Shown here: positions 50,936 through 63,605 of the stretch, piece by piece
Layout of the letters: every line of letters begins with the position of its first letter
Numbering within the stretch: the stretch's first letter is position 1
Assembly (NCBI GenBank): GCA_028534125.1
Contig: CM052816.1
Coordinates: forward strand, 62,932,001 to 62,996,000
Origin: Lama glama
Taxonomy: Eukaryota
Reading direction: 5' to 3'
DNA: 64,000 nucleotides
Translations under genes and position numbers: made by a program
Notes under the pieces: model-generated
What the model was told of the DNA's origin: nothing
Database searches by the model: none
Seen by the model: the letters and a program-made list of their open reading frames with translations, nothing else

Positions 50936-51999
50936 CAATAATACTGCTGGTTGTGTGACACCAAAATGTCACCAGTTATAAATCTTTCATTAAAAAGTGA
51001 AAAGGAATGCTTATTCACCTTTCCATTATTTCTTTGTCCATTCATTTATAAATGATTTTATAAATTTGTATAATAAAAGCAGAGCTGGAATAAAGCAAGT
51101 TCCACTTTCCAGTGTAATATAATAGTTTGAAGCAAGCAAACAGTCTAATAAAAAACAATTGTACATTTAAAAATAGGGCTAGAGAAATCAGAGGACTAAA
51201 CAGATTAAAATTCTATAAAAAGGAAAAATTTCAGAGGTTATGAAACTGTTTCTTGGAGTATTAGCCAAGTGGGGATTTATGGCAAACAGTACAAATAAGT
51301 CCAAGCAGAGACCTGCTTTAGCAGACACAAAAGAATGCCGAGTTTATACATGAAGCTTTAAGTGAAAAACAACAGTGCACAATGTAGAATGTTCAAATAC
51401 ATGGCCATTTCCCTCCTTTTCACTTGCCAAATACAAAATTTACATCGGACAAGAAAATAGAGTCAAGTCAAATCTTTCGAGTCTTCCAGTACGTAAGGGC
51501 AAAGGACCTAAAGAACCTGAGAACAATTTACCACTTGAAAAGGACCTAAGAACAACTGACTAAAAACAAAAATTCAGTGAGAGGTTTGAAAATACAGAAT
51601 TACGTGGTTAATTGGCATCAGTTATAAATAACTTCTTTTGCTAATTTGAGTACAGCTGGAGGTGGAGTTAAGACTCTACAGGAGCCACTATTCAAGAAGT
51701 ATAAGATCAGAGAGCTTTGGCCATTTTTGATTACTGAATTGTCAAAAATGAGAGGTTTGAAGGGCTTAGGTATACATACATTCTCGCTCTCTCGAAACAT
51801 GTGCCAAATCTATCACATGGGTTGACATGCTAAAGAGACAATTCTTATGATAAAGCAGAAATTACCACTGTTCTTGGTATCGGACAGATAAAGAGACACC
51901 AGACTTGTGATTTTAAGTGTTGGAGGATGAAACCTTACAAATAGAAATGAATCAGAAAACATGAATTAATTAACTCAAAACAAGCCAATAGAAAATATC

Positions 52000-52850
52000 C
52001 TAAGGGAAGCATAGAGTTTTTTTTTTTTAAAGGGGAAAGAAAATTATCAAAGAACATTAGAACGTTTTCCTTGAGACACAAGGGAAAAAATCGAATGTAC
52101 TTGGAATTAGAGTTTGAAATAGAAGATAGAAAGAATCCAACAGAAAAAAATGTTTTTGAAGAGATAATAACCAAGAATTATCAACCAAACATACCGATTA
52201 CTGACATATTCAAGATGTTCAGTGTGACCCAATCAGGATAATTCGGGAAAAAAAAAAAAAAAAAACAAGCAACCAGGAAGAGAAGTGTTATCTCCAAAGG
52301 AACCACAATAAGATTGTCATATGATTTTAAGAGTAACTATCAAAGATAGGAAACAATGGAACAGTCTATTTAAAGGGTTTAAGAACATAATTGCCCAACT
52401 AGGAATTTACACCAAGCAAAAATCTTCTAAAATAAAGGTGTAATAATTTTTTTTTTCAGACAAGTAAAAACTGAGGGCATTAACTGCCAGCAGGCTTTCT
52501 CTAAAAGAGATTCTAGTGGATTTAGCTGGGCAAAAGGAAAATGTACTCAGAAACATGAAGTAAAGAAGGAAGTAATGAACAAAGTAGAATGTAAATATGT
52601 GGGTAAATGTGGATCAATACTATTTAAAACAATCACATTTTTGGAGTGTAAAATATAGTTTAGATTAAATGATAAGGCAAAAACCAAAAGAATAGTAAAA
52701 GTTAAAAGGTACTAAAATTCCAGCAGTATCACAGATACCATAAAAATAATAGTAATATATAACATATTTAGGTTAATTAAGTATTTATAAACCACTAAAA
52801 AGTAATAACATACCACAAAGCTATAAGATAGTAAGGAGTAAATAGAGTAA
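52000..52850 (+). mobile_element. Old L1 ORF1 3' part and inter-ORF region
   Basis: TGTTTTTGAAGAGATAATAACCAAGAATT, CAAAGGAACCACAATAAGA, TTCAGACAAGTAAAAACTGAG. Confidence 0.6.
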
Positions 52851-52854
52851 TTAA

Positions 52855-53270
52855 GTCATCTGACTCCCGTATAGGACACAGAAAGCTGGAAGGAGTGCTG
52901 CTCCCATCCCAGCCTTACAAAAACAACAAAAGCCAGATAATCTGCCAAATCAGAACATTTCCTGAACTTATGAGACAGCTGAAGACACAGGACAACTAAG
53001 CAGTCAACTGAAGACAGGTGCCTCCAAAGAGAGATGCAAGAAGAGCATATGCTTATCAGGACAGACACTGGATGGCAAATAAGCAGATTGAAAAAAAAAA
53101 TTAAGCTTAATTTTTAAACTAATTCCTGAGGCTGAAGGTGGACTAGAATATAGGCCTCCCACGAGCCACAAACACAGGGTAAACGTGCTTCTAATCATAG
53201 GAATGTCTCCATGGACATCACTGTGTGCTCACAAGAGATACTGGGGGAAGAATGACAGACCAGAGAAATC
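52855..53270 (+). mobile_element. Old L1 5'UTR fragment (L1MC/MD 5'-like)
   Basis: Resembles the 5'UTR-like segment at 61323-61940 (AAAGCC..AATCT..AAATC..TGAA..ATCAGAGAGC..ACAAC). Confidence 0.5.
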
Positions 53271-56200
53271 ACTATATGTACCTTTCTGCATGTTGCACTT
53301 TCCTCCATTTATAAATTTGGGGGGAGTAAGTCCAAACATTTTTACAAACGCATAAAAATTTTCCTTCAAAGAATTGATAGTCCTTTGATTATTTGTTTTT
53401 TCCTCTTTTTTACAAACCTCTTCCCCATGAATTCAAAATACATTCACACAAGAGTATTATAGCATTTATAACATTTTATCCTTAAATTAGCTGCAATTTT
53501 TAAATTTTCCATACATATAGATGGTCCCTTTTAAGCTCTGACTATGCATTTTATTCAAATCAACTCTAAATGTATAACATAGTACAGTATAGTCCCAGCT
53601 ATTGTTTTTAGTATCTCTGGATAGCATTTGCTATATTCTAAATTTAGCATACAACAACTGTACTTTCTACTGGCTTCCCAAATATTTTTTAACAGAGGAA
53701 TCACTGATTCCATTTAAACTGTCCTTCAGTGTTCTAGTCCTTACTTTTCCAATTATTTAATTTTTAATGTTTCCACATTTTAATATCAACTTTTGAGCTA
53801 AGTTGAACATTTTTATTTTGTATTTTTCCTCTCATTTTCAGAAATGAATTTATTCACAAATGAAATAAACTCAAAATGCCTTCTAATAGTCTCCAGGAGA
53901 TAAAAACATTAAAAATTATTTTTATATATAACTTTTCTCAATGTTTATGAATGGACATAATTAAAAATTTATAATACTTCTTTACTACATTATGAAGTTT
54001 TATGTGTCTATCTAATCATAAACATCTTATGTTGCAAATTACTTTTCCCTGTGAATAAACATTAGTCAGCACAATGGTCACCACAAATGTCACATCCTTA
54101 CAAAGGTGTACCACAACCAATAACAACACTCTTTTAAACTCTATCATTTGCTTTGAGTTTGGGGTATTTCTAATGTATACTGTATTTTGTAAGTCATCTG
54201 TCACTTTTCTCTACAGATGCTAAACTGTTGACAAAATAATGGCACCACTGGCTGTCTCTACATTGGTGTCAGGTATAAATGAGTTACCTGAAGAAATACT
54301 TAGCTTATGCTTTGAAAATTTTGTCTGAAAAGCCAACTCTAACTTGTGCTTTGAAATTAGTCTTTGAAGTACTGGTCATCAGTAAAGAAACAAACTCAAT
54401 CAAACATTCTGGAAGGTCTGAAATGCCCATCTTCAAACTTGATACCATTCTTATGGGTCACTGAGCACTTCACCAGTTAACATACATGATTTCTGGAGCA
54501 AATCCATATGGCCCATAATCTGCTGTTTAATTCAAGTCTGGAGGTATTATGATTAAGGACTGAAAAAAATTCAAGAAACAAAAGAGGAATACATGCACAG
54601 TTAGAAATACACACATGCTCTCCCACACACTTACAATCCATGCTATAAAAAAATCATACCAAACATACAGGGTCCACCCTGTACTTTTAACACATAGTGA
54701 TGGAGCCCAACAGCCAGCCTCTCACAGGACAAGGAAGTGAACCATAGCATTTGAAATCAACATTTGGGAATCTGCATTTTTCAACTAAAACAGAGTATTT
54801 TCACACATGGCTCCCCTCTATCTCACAATAGTCTTACAGCCAAATACCTTCAGCTTCCATTTGAAGTATTTCAGTTTTATAAAACAATGAGACAGTCAAA
54901 TAACCATTTAGGAGTTGAGGAGAGGGGGGCAATGTGGACTTCATTTGATAGCAAGAATAAAGTCCCTGATAATTTTAATAAAAGCATCTTTCTTATACTT
55001 TGGGGAATATTACCTTTTCTTGTTCAAATGATGCTTTATGCACATATCCTCAAATTGCTTATTTTAGTAGTATGTTTAAAAACAAATGCTTAAAAATTTT
55101 TTAAATGTCTGTTTTTATACAGAAACGGTTTTGTCACTTTTAATGGGAAAAGGTAAAATTAAGTGGGTTCTCAAAAGATGTTGGTCCAGGAGACACAAAG
55201 TGCTAAGAAGTCAAATTATGAGAAGTAAAAATCACAGTCATAAAGCAGTATCAATGACAACACACACACACAAGAGTAATGTGGCAAATGCTACTGCTGA
55301 CATTGTACAAAGCATTTCCAGAGCTTTACCAACTAACTTATATTCATGGGTTAAGTATAGTTACATATAAAAAAGTTTCTGAAAGGTTGAGTTTTACTCA
55401 AAGTCATGAGACATAACCTAAAACAGTACTAAATTTCTAAACTAAAAACAATATTAAATTTCACTTTTTAGAAAAGTGAAACTCTTGCTCTAACCTCCTC
55501 TTTTTTCCTACCAGAGTGTATGACTTCCTTGAAAGGAATGATTACCTGTTTCTCTGTAAGTGACTTAGAAAAAAGTGGAGGCCGTTTGGAATTACTCAGT
55601 ATGTGACCTTATTCAAACTTCCCACAGCACCTGCGCCCACCTTTATAGCTTGATGGAATTAAGTATATGGTGAAGATCTGAAGTGAATGCCTGTTCAAGG
55701 TTATAGAAAGCTAAAACAATTTGGACTATATAAAGATTGCTTTTCATTCTCCAACGTCTTCTGAAGAAGTAATTTTTCAAAAGCTTCAGCTGAAAACAAG
55801 AAAAACCACTGTAAAATCAACCCTTTAGGAAATACAAGTTGCTGCTTTTTCAGATGGAAAAAAGAAACTGAAAAAAGAATTATCATGGGAAAAAGCTGTA
55901 TGTCATGGTGAATGAAATTTACCTATCAACAGTCTGAATGGTATATGTCAACTGTTTGTATACAATGCCTGATTTTGCATGAAATAACTGCGAAGAATAT
56001 GTTAATTTCTAGGGATTAGACATAGAAGAAAAAATACTGCAACCAACAAAGTCAGAGTTTTACAATTTAATTTTCTGTGATTAATAAAGAGTCTCAGAGA
56101 GTTGTCATACGGGAATGTTATTTTTTCCTAAATTCAGTAAGAGCAAAATGAATTTAATTTCTTTGGCTTCTTCACCCCCTTAGTTAGGATCTAATGATCT

Positions 56201-56789
56201 GTGAATATTTAATTTATAAGTAATGAAATAGCATGGTTCATTTGATAGTAATATAGAGAAAGAGCATGGACAAACTTAAAGACTTAGTTTAGAATTTGAC
56301 ATTATGAAATATGTAATACGAGCACTGTCATTAGCGTTTGCAGATTAGCTCAAATATCAAATAATGCCAAGAGTAAAATGTTCCTCATACAGGGTTAGTT
56401 CTAGCTGTAACTATATAATGCAAACAAATATTAAAAATAAATTTGTCAACATTCTGAATACTCATTTCCAGACAAGACAAAACAAGCACATATTTCGAAG
56501 AATGCATGTGAGAACATTCTTCTCATTTTCAAATACATCTAAATATGCAAACAAAAATTTTACATAGTATTTGAATGTTTTGATGTAGTACAGACATGCT
56601 CCTTTCCTTTCATAATTTTTTAGTTTAGGAAAACCCACAGCACTAAGTCTTTGATTTGAAGGAGAGACGTACAAAGGAATACTAGAATAAATGGAAAAGA
56701 CAACTAAAATATTAGATGTGTGAAAGGAAAAAAGGTAGGTGAAGTGGACATGAGAAGGGCAACTGGAAACGGAAAAAGGTAACAGAGAT

Positions 56790-57047
56790 TCAATAGCCCA
56801 TGCTGGTTGACGTGGCTGTCACAGAAGTCCCAAGAAAGAGTGTGAAGGAGGCAAGCCCTCTTGTGGTTCAGAACTGGTTGCTTCCACCGGTATTCTGTTG
56901 GCCAAAGCAAGGCATAAGGCCAGCAGATTTAGAGTGGGGAAATGGACTTCACTTTTTCACTGGGAGGAACTGTAAGACGTATTGTAGTGGCCATGTTAAC
57001 AGGAAGGAGTGGAGAACTGGGGCCACTTGTGTACCTTATCTACCACA
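56790..57047 (-). mobile_element. MaLR LTR fragment (MLT1H-like)
   Basis: ATTCTGTTGGCCAAAGCAAG..AGGCCAGC..GGGAAATGGACTTCAC..TGGGAGGAACTG..TCTACCACA. Confidence 0.75.
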
Positions 57048-57329
57048 TATACCAACCAAAACATGAGATGTCCAACTATATAATATATTAAGTAAAGCTT
57101 CATTTCCTTATTCATGGAATACAAAATAAATACAAATAAAATTCCTAATATTTTCTTTCAGGGCCCCTTGAATCCCCTTACATATTCTGTCTTTAATAAC
57201 AAGTATTCAGTTTAGTTTATTCAAATTTAAGATTAAAAAACCTGAAAACTTATGAGTTTCAATAAAAATATTTTTTCCCCAAATCTCTAAGATTAAGAAC
57301 ATTTTACTCAAGTTCTTTTTTAACCATGT

Positions 57330-57945
57330 TTCTATTTAAAACAATAGATTGACTTCCTGCATTGAAAAATGAGGAAAATATTCCCATAATTTTCCCATCT
57401 TCCCACCTGTAGCCTCTTGTATTGGTGAGTTATCTTATATGTACTTTTTACAGTATTCATGTTAATAACTTTCACATTCTATTGTGACCACAAAATGCAC
57501 AGTTGTTTGGTATTTTTCCCTATTTCCGTGAATCCTGTGCTTACAACTGGGACTTTAACCCTTAAGCCTCAATTCTTGAATTCTATTTAGATCTATTAGA
57601 TTTGTTGATAGAAAGAAAACAAGAAACTTAAATTTCTTAATTTCATTGAATTTTATGAGCAAAATTTTTTGTTTTATGCCTAAAAAGTATACGTGAATGT
57701 TTTATCCCATGAGTTCTTTCCTGGTTAGTAATGTATGTCTGTTGTTCTAGTAATGAAGTTAAATCCAGGGTGGGCGTAACATTCCTGGGTCACAGTTTCT
57801 CTCAGAATTTTCTTGGTATTGATTTACTATCTATATGGCTCTCACTATAATTTGGACAAAACTGAGGACAGCCTGATTTAGTTGCTGTATTGTTTTTCAG
57901 CTAGATACCGTCATCTTTGTTCTTTATCATTTTGTGTAGGTGAAG
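57330..57945 (-). mobile_element. HAL1/old L1 ORF1 fragment
   Basis: AAAATGAGGAAA, ATTCCTGGGTCACA..TCTCTCAGAATTT, CTGAGGACAGCCTGATTT. Confidence 0.5.
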
Positions 57946-59577
57946 AGAATTACTGTCATAAAATTTCAAACTACTTTTTTTTCCATCACAGAAAACTGTT
58001 TGCCCCACTTTGTATTCTGCATAACTTATTGGCTATGCATTCACACTCCACTGTGAGAACTGACTCTAAGAACTGATGTAGTCACCAAGTACCAGATCAC
58101 AGGCAGGATGTGGCTTTGACCTGAAGTCTTCACATAATTTCAAAAGAATGAAGTATTTACAGCCATTACTTACAGAACTTGGCGTAACTTTCACTCTCCC
58201 TATATTCCAAATAAATACATATCACTTGCTAAAAAGGTAAACTGGGTATATTTTAGGTCATGTTTTTTGCCAAGATCTATGTCATTAATCTAAACGAGTA
58301 TTTCAAATCTGGATTATTTTCACCAACCTCTTAAATTTAATGATGATACACTATATCTAAATACCCACTGCCTATATTTTATTTAACATGCTTATTAATT
58401 CACCTGCCAACACTGATTAAAAGAATGCTGTTTTTAGCTATCTCTCCAAGAGAGCACACATTATATTATAGTGCCTGCTCAAAAATATACCTGATTTCTA
58501 GTTGATCTTTGATTTATATCTGAGACTTATAAGAATCAATTGGATAGCACTAAAGTGCGCATTTCTGGTAATATTGTGGAATTGATATAGAAAGAAATCT
58601 ATCATAATGCATTAAAAAGATACATAAAACATAAAAAGTAGTTTTAAATAAGTAAGGGAAGAAAAGTATGGGGTATAAATGACCCAAGTTCATAATGTGA
58701 TAGGAGTAATAGAAGATTCAAGCCTGCAATTTCCCAGGGGGCATCTGTGCATACCCAAATGCGTGGGTTTTAAAGTATTCACCAGATGGACAAACAGGTA
58801 ACAAAACCTAGGGTCTGAAAGAGATGCTAAATTGGAGACTCCTACATGAAAGCAGGGCCACAGAAGGATGTCATATTAGGGAAAAAAAAGTGCTAAAAAG
58901 GATACTTTCCTATCTCAGCTTTGTCTATGGATGGAGAGAAGGGAGAAAAAAAATAAGATTTCACCTTAGTATAACTTACTTTAAACACGTACACATATGA
59001 ATTTGGAATTACAATTCAAATCCAAGTCGAAAAATTTCAAGTGTCCTGTGGTGTCAGTGCCCCTGGGAATAGGGCAGAGATATTTAAATAATTTCAAAGC
59101 CAACTATTTTAAACATAAAACTTAAAGAATTGCCATGGACAACATTGCTAAAATCACAAGCTCACAATACAAAAAAATACCAAAAAGAAATGAGAAAACA
59201 AATCATTCTGAGCAAGAATGCAGAGAAGCCACAAGCAATCGCCTCAGATATGCAAAGCCTACAGAAATCGAAACTACATATGTAACATAAGAAAAAAAAG
59301 CTGAGAGACAGACACAACCATAGTTACACATCTGACAGACTGCCTAGCTGGCACTGCAAAATAGCAAGTAAAGGATTAGTACTGAAAAAAATGGTGCTAG
59401 GACAACTGGTAATACATAGAAAAATACAAGATTGACACATCACACAGGAATCAAAGCCATAAGCACTTAAATGTGAAAGACAAAACTTTAAAACCTTTAG
59501 AATATAAAAGAATATGTATATATAACATAGACCGTTAAAAAATAAGATCAACTACATCAAAAATAAGGAATTCTCTT

Positions 59578-59743
59578 GGGTATAAAATAAGCTGCAAGGG
59601 TATATTATACAACTGGGGAATATAGTAAATATTTTAGAGTAACTACAAATGGAATATAGCCTTTAAAAATTGTGAATCACTATATTGTACACCCGTAACT
59701 TATATAATATTATATATCAACTACAATTTAAGAAATAATTTTG
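59578..59743 (+). mobile_element. Very short cetartiodactyl-type L1 3' end
   Basis: GGGAATATAG..TTTAAAAATTGTGAATCACTATATTGTACACC..TCAACTA; TSD AAGGAATTCTCTT (59565-59577) / AAGAAATTCTCTT (59744-59756). Confidence 0.85.
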
Positions 59744-60649
59744 AAGAAATTCTCTTTATCAAAAAACATCATAAAGGACTTCTGTTTTAGATCATGATGG
59801 ATATCTAGCACTATAAACAATTAGAAAAGTGGATAAATACCTATTAAATAATTCTTATCAAACACTGAACAATGGGTAGTGCATAACTGAAGTCCCTGAG
59901 AGAAAGGGGGAAAAAAAGTCAGCCCTATGATCACCCCATATTTCTGTCTCCAAGCAACTTGTAGACCATGGCTCATGCAGCGGGATATAAGCAGAGCCTG
60001 CTGTGCTCTCAGGGACAAAGTGAGACAGAGATCCAAAGTGGTGGGAACTCAAGGAGCAGAGTATCAGGGAGAAGGAGCTACACATAAAGTGTCCATAGAT
60101 TGTTGACCCTTGAGTCATCTTCAGCCATTTACTAGGCTGTGCAATTACAGAGTGAAATAGGCCAGGGAAGGAAACATTTCTGGGGAGCTTTAAGGCAAAC
60201 AATTTCCAGAGCTAAAAAAAAAAAGAAAAAAGAAAAAAAAAAAAGATGGGAGTCACCCAGACCATAATGGAGAGACCTTGTTGAATACATGGAGCTTTAA
60301 ATAAATATCCTAGATGTTAACACCTTAATTTCAGGACTAAGTTAGCCTTGGTATAAGGGCCACAATATGCATGACCTTAAAAAGGCTAAAAACAGACCTT
60401 GGAAGAACGAAATCACTATGCCAGAATTGTAATTTTCCTCCCAGAAAAAGGCCGATAGTCTCTAAGTGAATACACCTCACTCCAGCAATCAATCAGGTAA
60501 ACTCCATAATGTTGGAGATCTAATGAAAAATTGTAAGACATTATGGGATGCATTTCCCAGAAGAAAAAAAATAATCATTTAATTAAGAGACTTTGTAACC
60601 TCAGAAGTAATGAAACTAGCAGACAAAGACATTAGGATAACTATTTTAA

Positions 60650-61025
60650 GAAGTGAACCACTAACACATGTAAAATCATGAAGGGTATTATGCTAAATGA
60701 AAGAAGCCAGACATGTAAGACTATGCCCTGATCATTCCCTGTATATGAAATGCCAACAAATGTAAAACTGCCAGAAAACTGATCAAAGGTTGCCAAGAGC
60801 TTGGAATGGAGATAGGGGATTTGCTGCCAAGGGGCAGAAGAAAACTTTTGAGGTGATTAAAATATTTCTGGTTGTGGTGGTAATAGAACTATTCTTAATT
60901 TATAAAAATGTTTTTTGATTGTAGTGGTGGTTACATGGCTATGTATATTTGTTAAAACTTATTGAACTGAACAAGTTAAAAGGATAAAGCTATATATAAA
61001 TTTTATCTTAATAAATCCAGTATTT
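60650..61025 (+). mobile_element. Old L1 3' end (L1ME1-like), nested
   Basis: TTATGCTAAATGAAAGAAGCCAGACA..GGTTGCCA..GTGGTGGTTACATG..TATTTGTTAAAACT..TTAATAAA. Confidence 0.75.
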
Positions 61026-62039
61026 TTGAAAAAGAAGATACAAATGGAAAGTACAAATAAATGAATGGAAAATCAAGAAAAGAAAACATCACGAACAAAA
61101 AGTTCAATGAACAGGATTGATAGATTACATATTGTAAAACAGAAGATCAGGGAAACAGAAGATGTAGCAATACAAACTATCCAAAATGAAGCAGAGAGAG
61201 AAAAAAAGACTGAAAAACGTGACATGGGATACAATATTGAATTCTCTACTATGCATGTCATTAGAGTCCTAGAAGCAAAGGAGAAAGAAAGGAGAATAAA
61301 AAATGTATTTGAAGAAATACTGGGGCTTCTCACATGTGCTGCTAAGTCTGTAGATGTCAGGAAAGTGCATTGCTTCAGTCCTAACAAGATAAAGCCAAGC
61401 AATCTATAAAATCGTACTGTTTCATGAATCTATCAGAGAGCCAAGTTGCATGACAACCAACTAGCCTCAAATCTAAGGAAAGGCAGGTACCTCTAAAAAG
61501 TCGGCCCTTACTCACTTGGAGCACAACACAAGAGTAATATGTATACCATACAGGTGGGTAAGCTAAAAATTTTAGCAAAGTACCAGCATGGGTGTGAGTG
61601 AGAGGATCGGACTCTTGAGATCCACAGACATGGGCCTGGGGGCGGAGGGGGCAGGATCACACTCCCTTGTAGATTCTTCTTCGCAGACTTTTGCAAGGTG
61701 ATGATGAAAAAGAATGAGACAGGGCATCAATGAAAGCGGGTAAGTCAGACAGCCCTGCTAGTCTCCTCTCCCCTGTGGCACAGAAGCCGAGGATTCCCCA
61801 AGTGAAGGACAGCAAGGCTGTCATCTCCAGGGCCCAGGGTAAGAGCCACTGAAGCTGGGGGAAGAGAAAGACAATATTCTCTACCCCTGGGGGAAGGGCA
61901 CAAAACCATTCTGGGCCCACATCATTAGAGGTCTAGGCTGAGAGAAATCATCTCCGCAGGCCTGCACTCCAGGAGACATTCTTAAGGGAAGTTCTTTAGG
62001 CAAAAGGTAAATGATATCTATGAAAGCCTGAACCTACAT

Positions 62040-62231
62040 CAAGGGTCAGCAGATACTTTCCACAAAGTGTCAGCAACTAGTAATACTTCAGGCTTTGCAA
62101 GATTCTGTTGCAAGTACTCAACTCTGTGGCATGAAAGCAGCCATGTACAATATGTAAATGAGCAAATGTAGCTGAATTGCAATAAAACTTTACTTACAAA
62201 GCATGTGGCAGGCCGTGGTGCACCAACCCTA
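62040..62231 (+). mobile_element. MER58A-like hAT-Charlie MITE
   Basis: CAAGGGTCAGCA..CAGGCTTTGC..TACTCAACTCTG..AAAGCAGCCAT..CAATAAAACTTTA..CCAACCCT. Confidence 0.85.
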
Positions 62232-63178
62232 ATCTATGCAAAGGAATGAGGACCACTAGCAATGGTAAATACACTGGTAAACATACAAGCTGTTTTTCTC
62301 ATTAAAAATTTCTTCAAAAATCAAAAACTTGAAGCACCACTTCCCTACAACAACTTATAATAAAGTCAAAGGCACAAAACTAATAAGCCCAATTGTGGAG
62401 ATAAAATGAAGTCCTTAAAATACTCAACTAACCCAAAAGAAAGCCAAAAACAAGGCAAAGGAAACAACAAAAAAGGAAAAATAGAAAACAAATAGCAAGA
62501 GAATAGCAGTAAATCCAACTATATGGAAACTCATGTACCATTTTAATTATAAAAAATGTAGATTGCATAAAATTACATGAAATGTAAAAAGGCAGAGATT
62601 GTCAGACTGATTTAAAAAGCAAGGCCCAGCTATATACAAGAGGTGCATTTTAAATATAAAAACCGAGATGTAAAATGATACATGTAAATGTGAATAGAAA
62701 AGCAGGAACGGCTACATTAATATCTGACAAAGTAGACAAAGATAAGAAGTATTGCCAGAGATAAAGAAGGGCTGCGCAATTTCTGACACAAAGTCTGAAC
62801 ATTCTTGAAGTTCTTTATCAGTACTGGCTGCTTCTAATATTTTTGGATTTCCTTTGTCACAAGTTTTTGACAATTTGATTAAGATGTGCCATGGTGTCAT
62901 TTTCTTTCTGAGATAAAGAAGGTCAATTCATCAAGAAGACATAATAATCCTAAATATGCATATACTCACCTAGAAGCAGACCATCAAAATACAGAAAGCA
63001 AACACCAACAGAGTCCAAGGAGACACAGATCCATCCACGAGGGTTTTAAAAGAATGCATTAAGTATATACGTGAAAAGAATCTAATAGGCATACAGAAAA
63101 CAAGAAACTAACACAGGCGTAGAAGACCATCAAACAAATTCACTGAACTGACATAACATGTCACCCAACATCTGAAGA

Positions 63179-63605
63179 ATTTTTTTTTTAATGTACAATT
63201 CTGTGGCTTTTAGTACATTCACAAAGTTGTATTTGTGGGAGAGGGCGAGCTGAGAGTCTCTCTACTCTGCCATCTTGGCTCAATCTGTATTCACAAAGTT
63301 GTGCAACTATGACCACCATCTAACTCAGAACGTCTCCAGCCCCCAGAAAGAGTGCCTGTACCCGCTAGCAGTCACGTCATCTCTCCCTCCCCTTCACCCC
63401 TGGCCACCACTCATCTGTTTCCTGTCTCTATGGATTTGTCTATTTCAGACATAATATACAAATGAAATCATCCAATTCATGGTCTTTTGTGTCCGACTTC
63501 TTTCTCTTAGCATAATGTTTTTAAGGTTCATTCTTGTGTAACATGAATCAATACTCCATTTCTTTTCCATTGTATAGGTATACCATGTTTTATCTATGAA
63601 TCCAT
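63179..63605 (-). mobile_element. L1MB-like 3' end
   Basis: TGTACAATTC..TTTTAGTACATTCACAAAGTTGTGCAAC..CTGTCTCTATGGATTTG..CTTAGCATAATGTTTTTAAGGTTCAT. Confidence 0.85.
63231..63288 (-). mobile_element. 58-bp L1 5'-terminus-only insertion with 14-bp TSD
   Basis: Reverse complement ACAGATTGAGCCAAGATGGCAGAGTAGAGAGACTCTCAGCTCGCCCTCTCCCACAAAT; flanked by ATTCACAAAGTTGT at 63217-63230 and 63289-63302. Confidence 0.75.

Larger units (their letters stand above)
58700..63175 (+). mobile_element. Composite of old L1 pieces (5'UTRs, ORF1, inter-ORF, ORF2 EN) with nested insertions
   Basis: ORF 61065-61409 is ORF1-like (..IQTIQNEAEREKK..HVIRVLE..KNVFEEI). EN motifs ATTAATATCTGACAAAGTAGAC and TCAATTCATCAAGAAGACATAATAATCCTAAAT. 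Confidence 0.75.
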
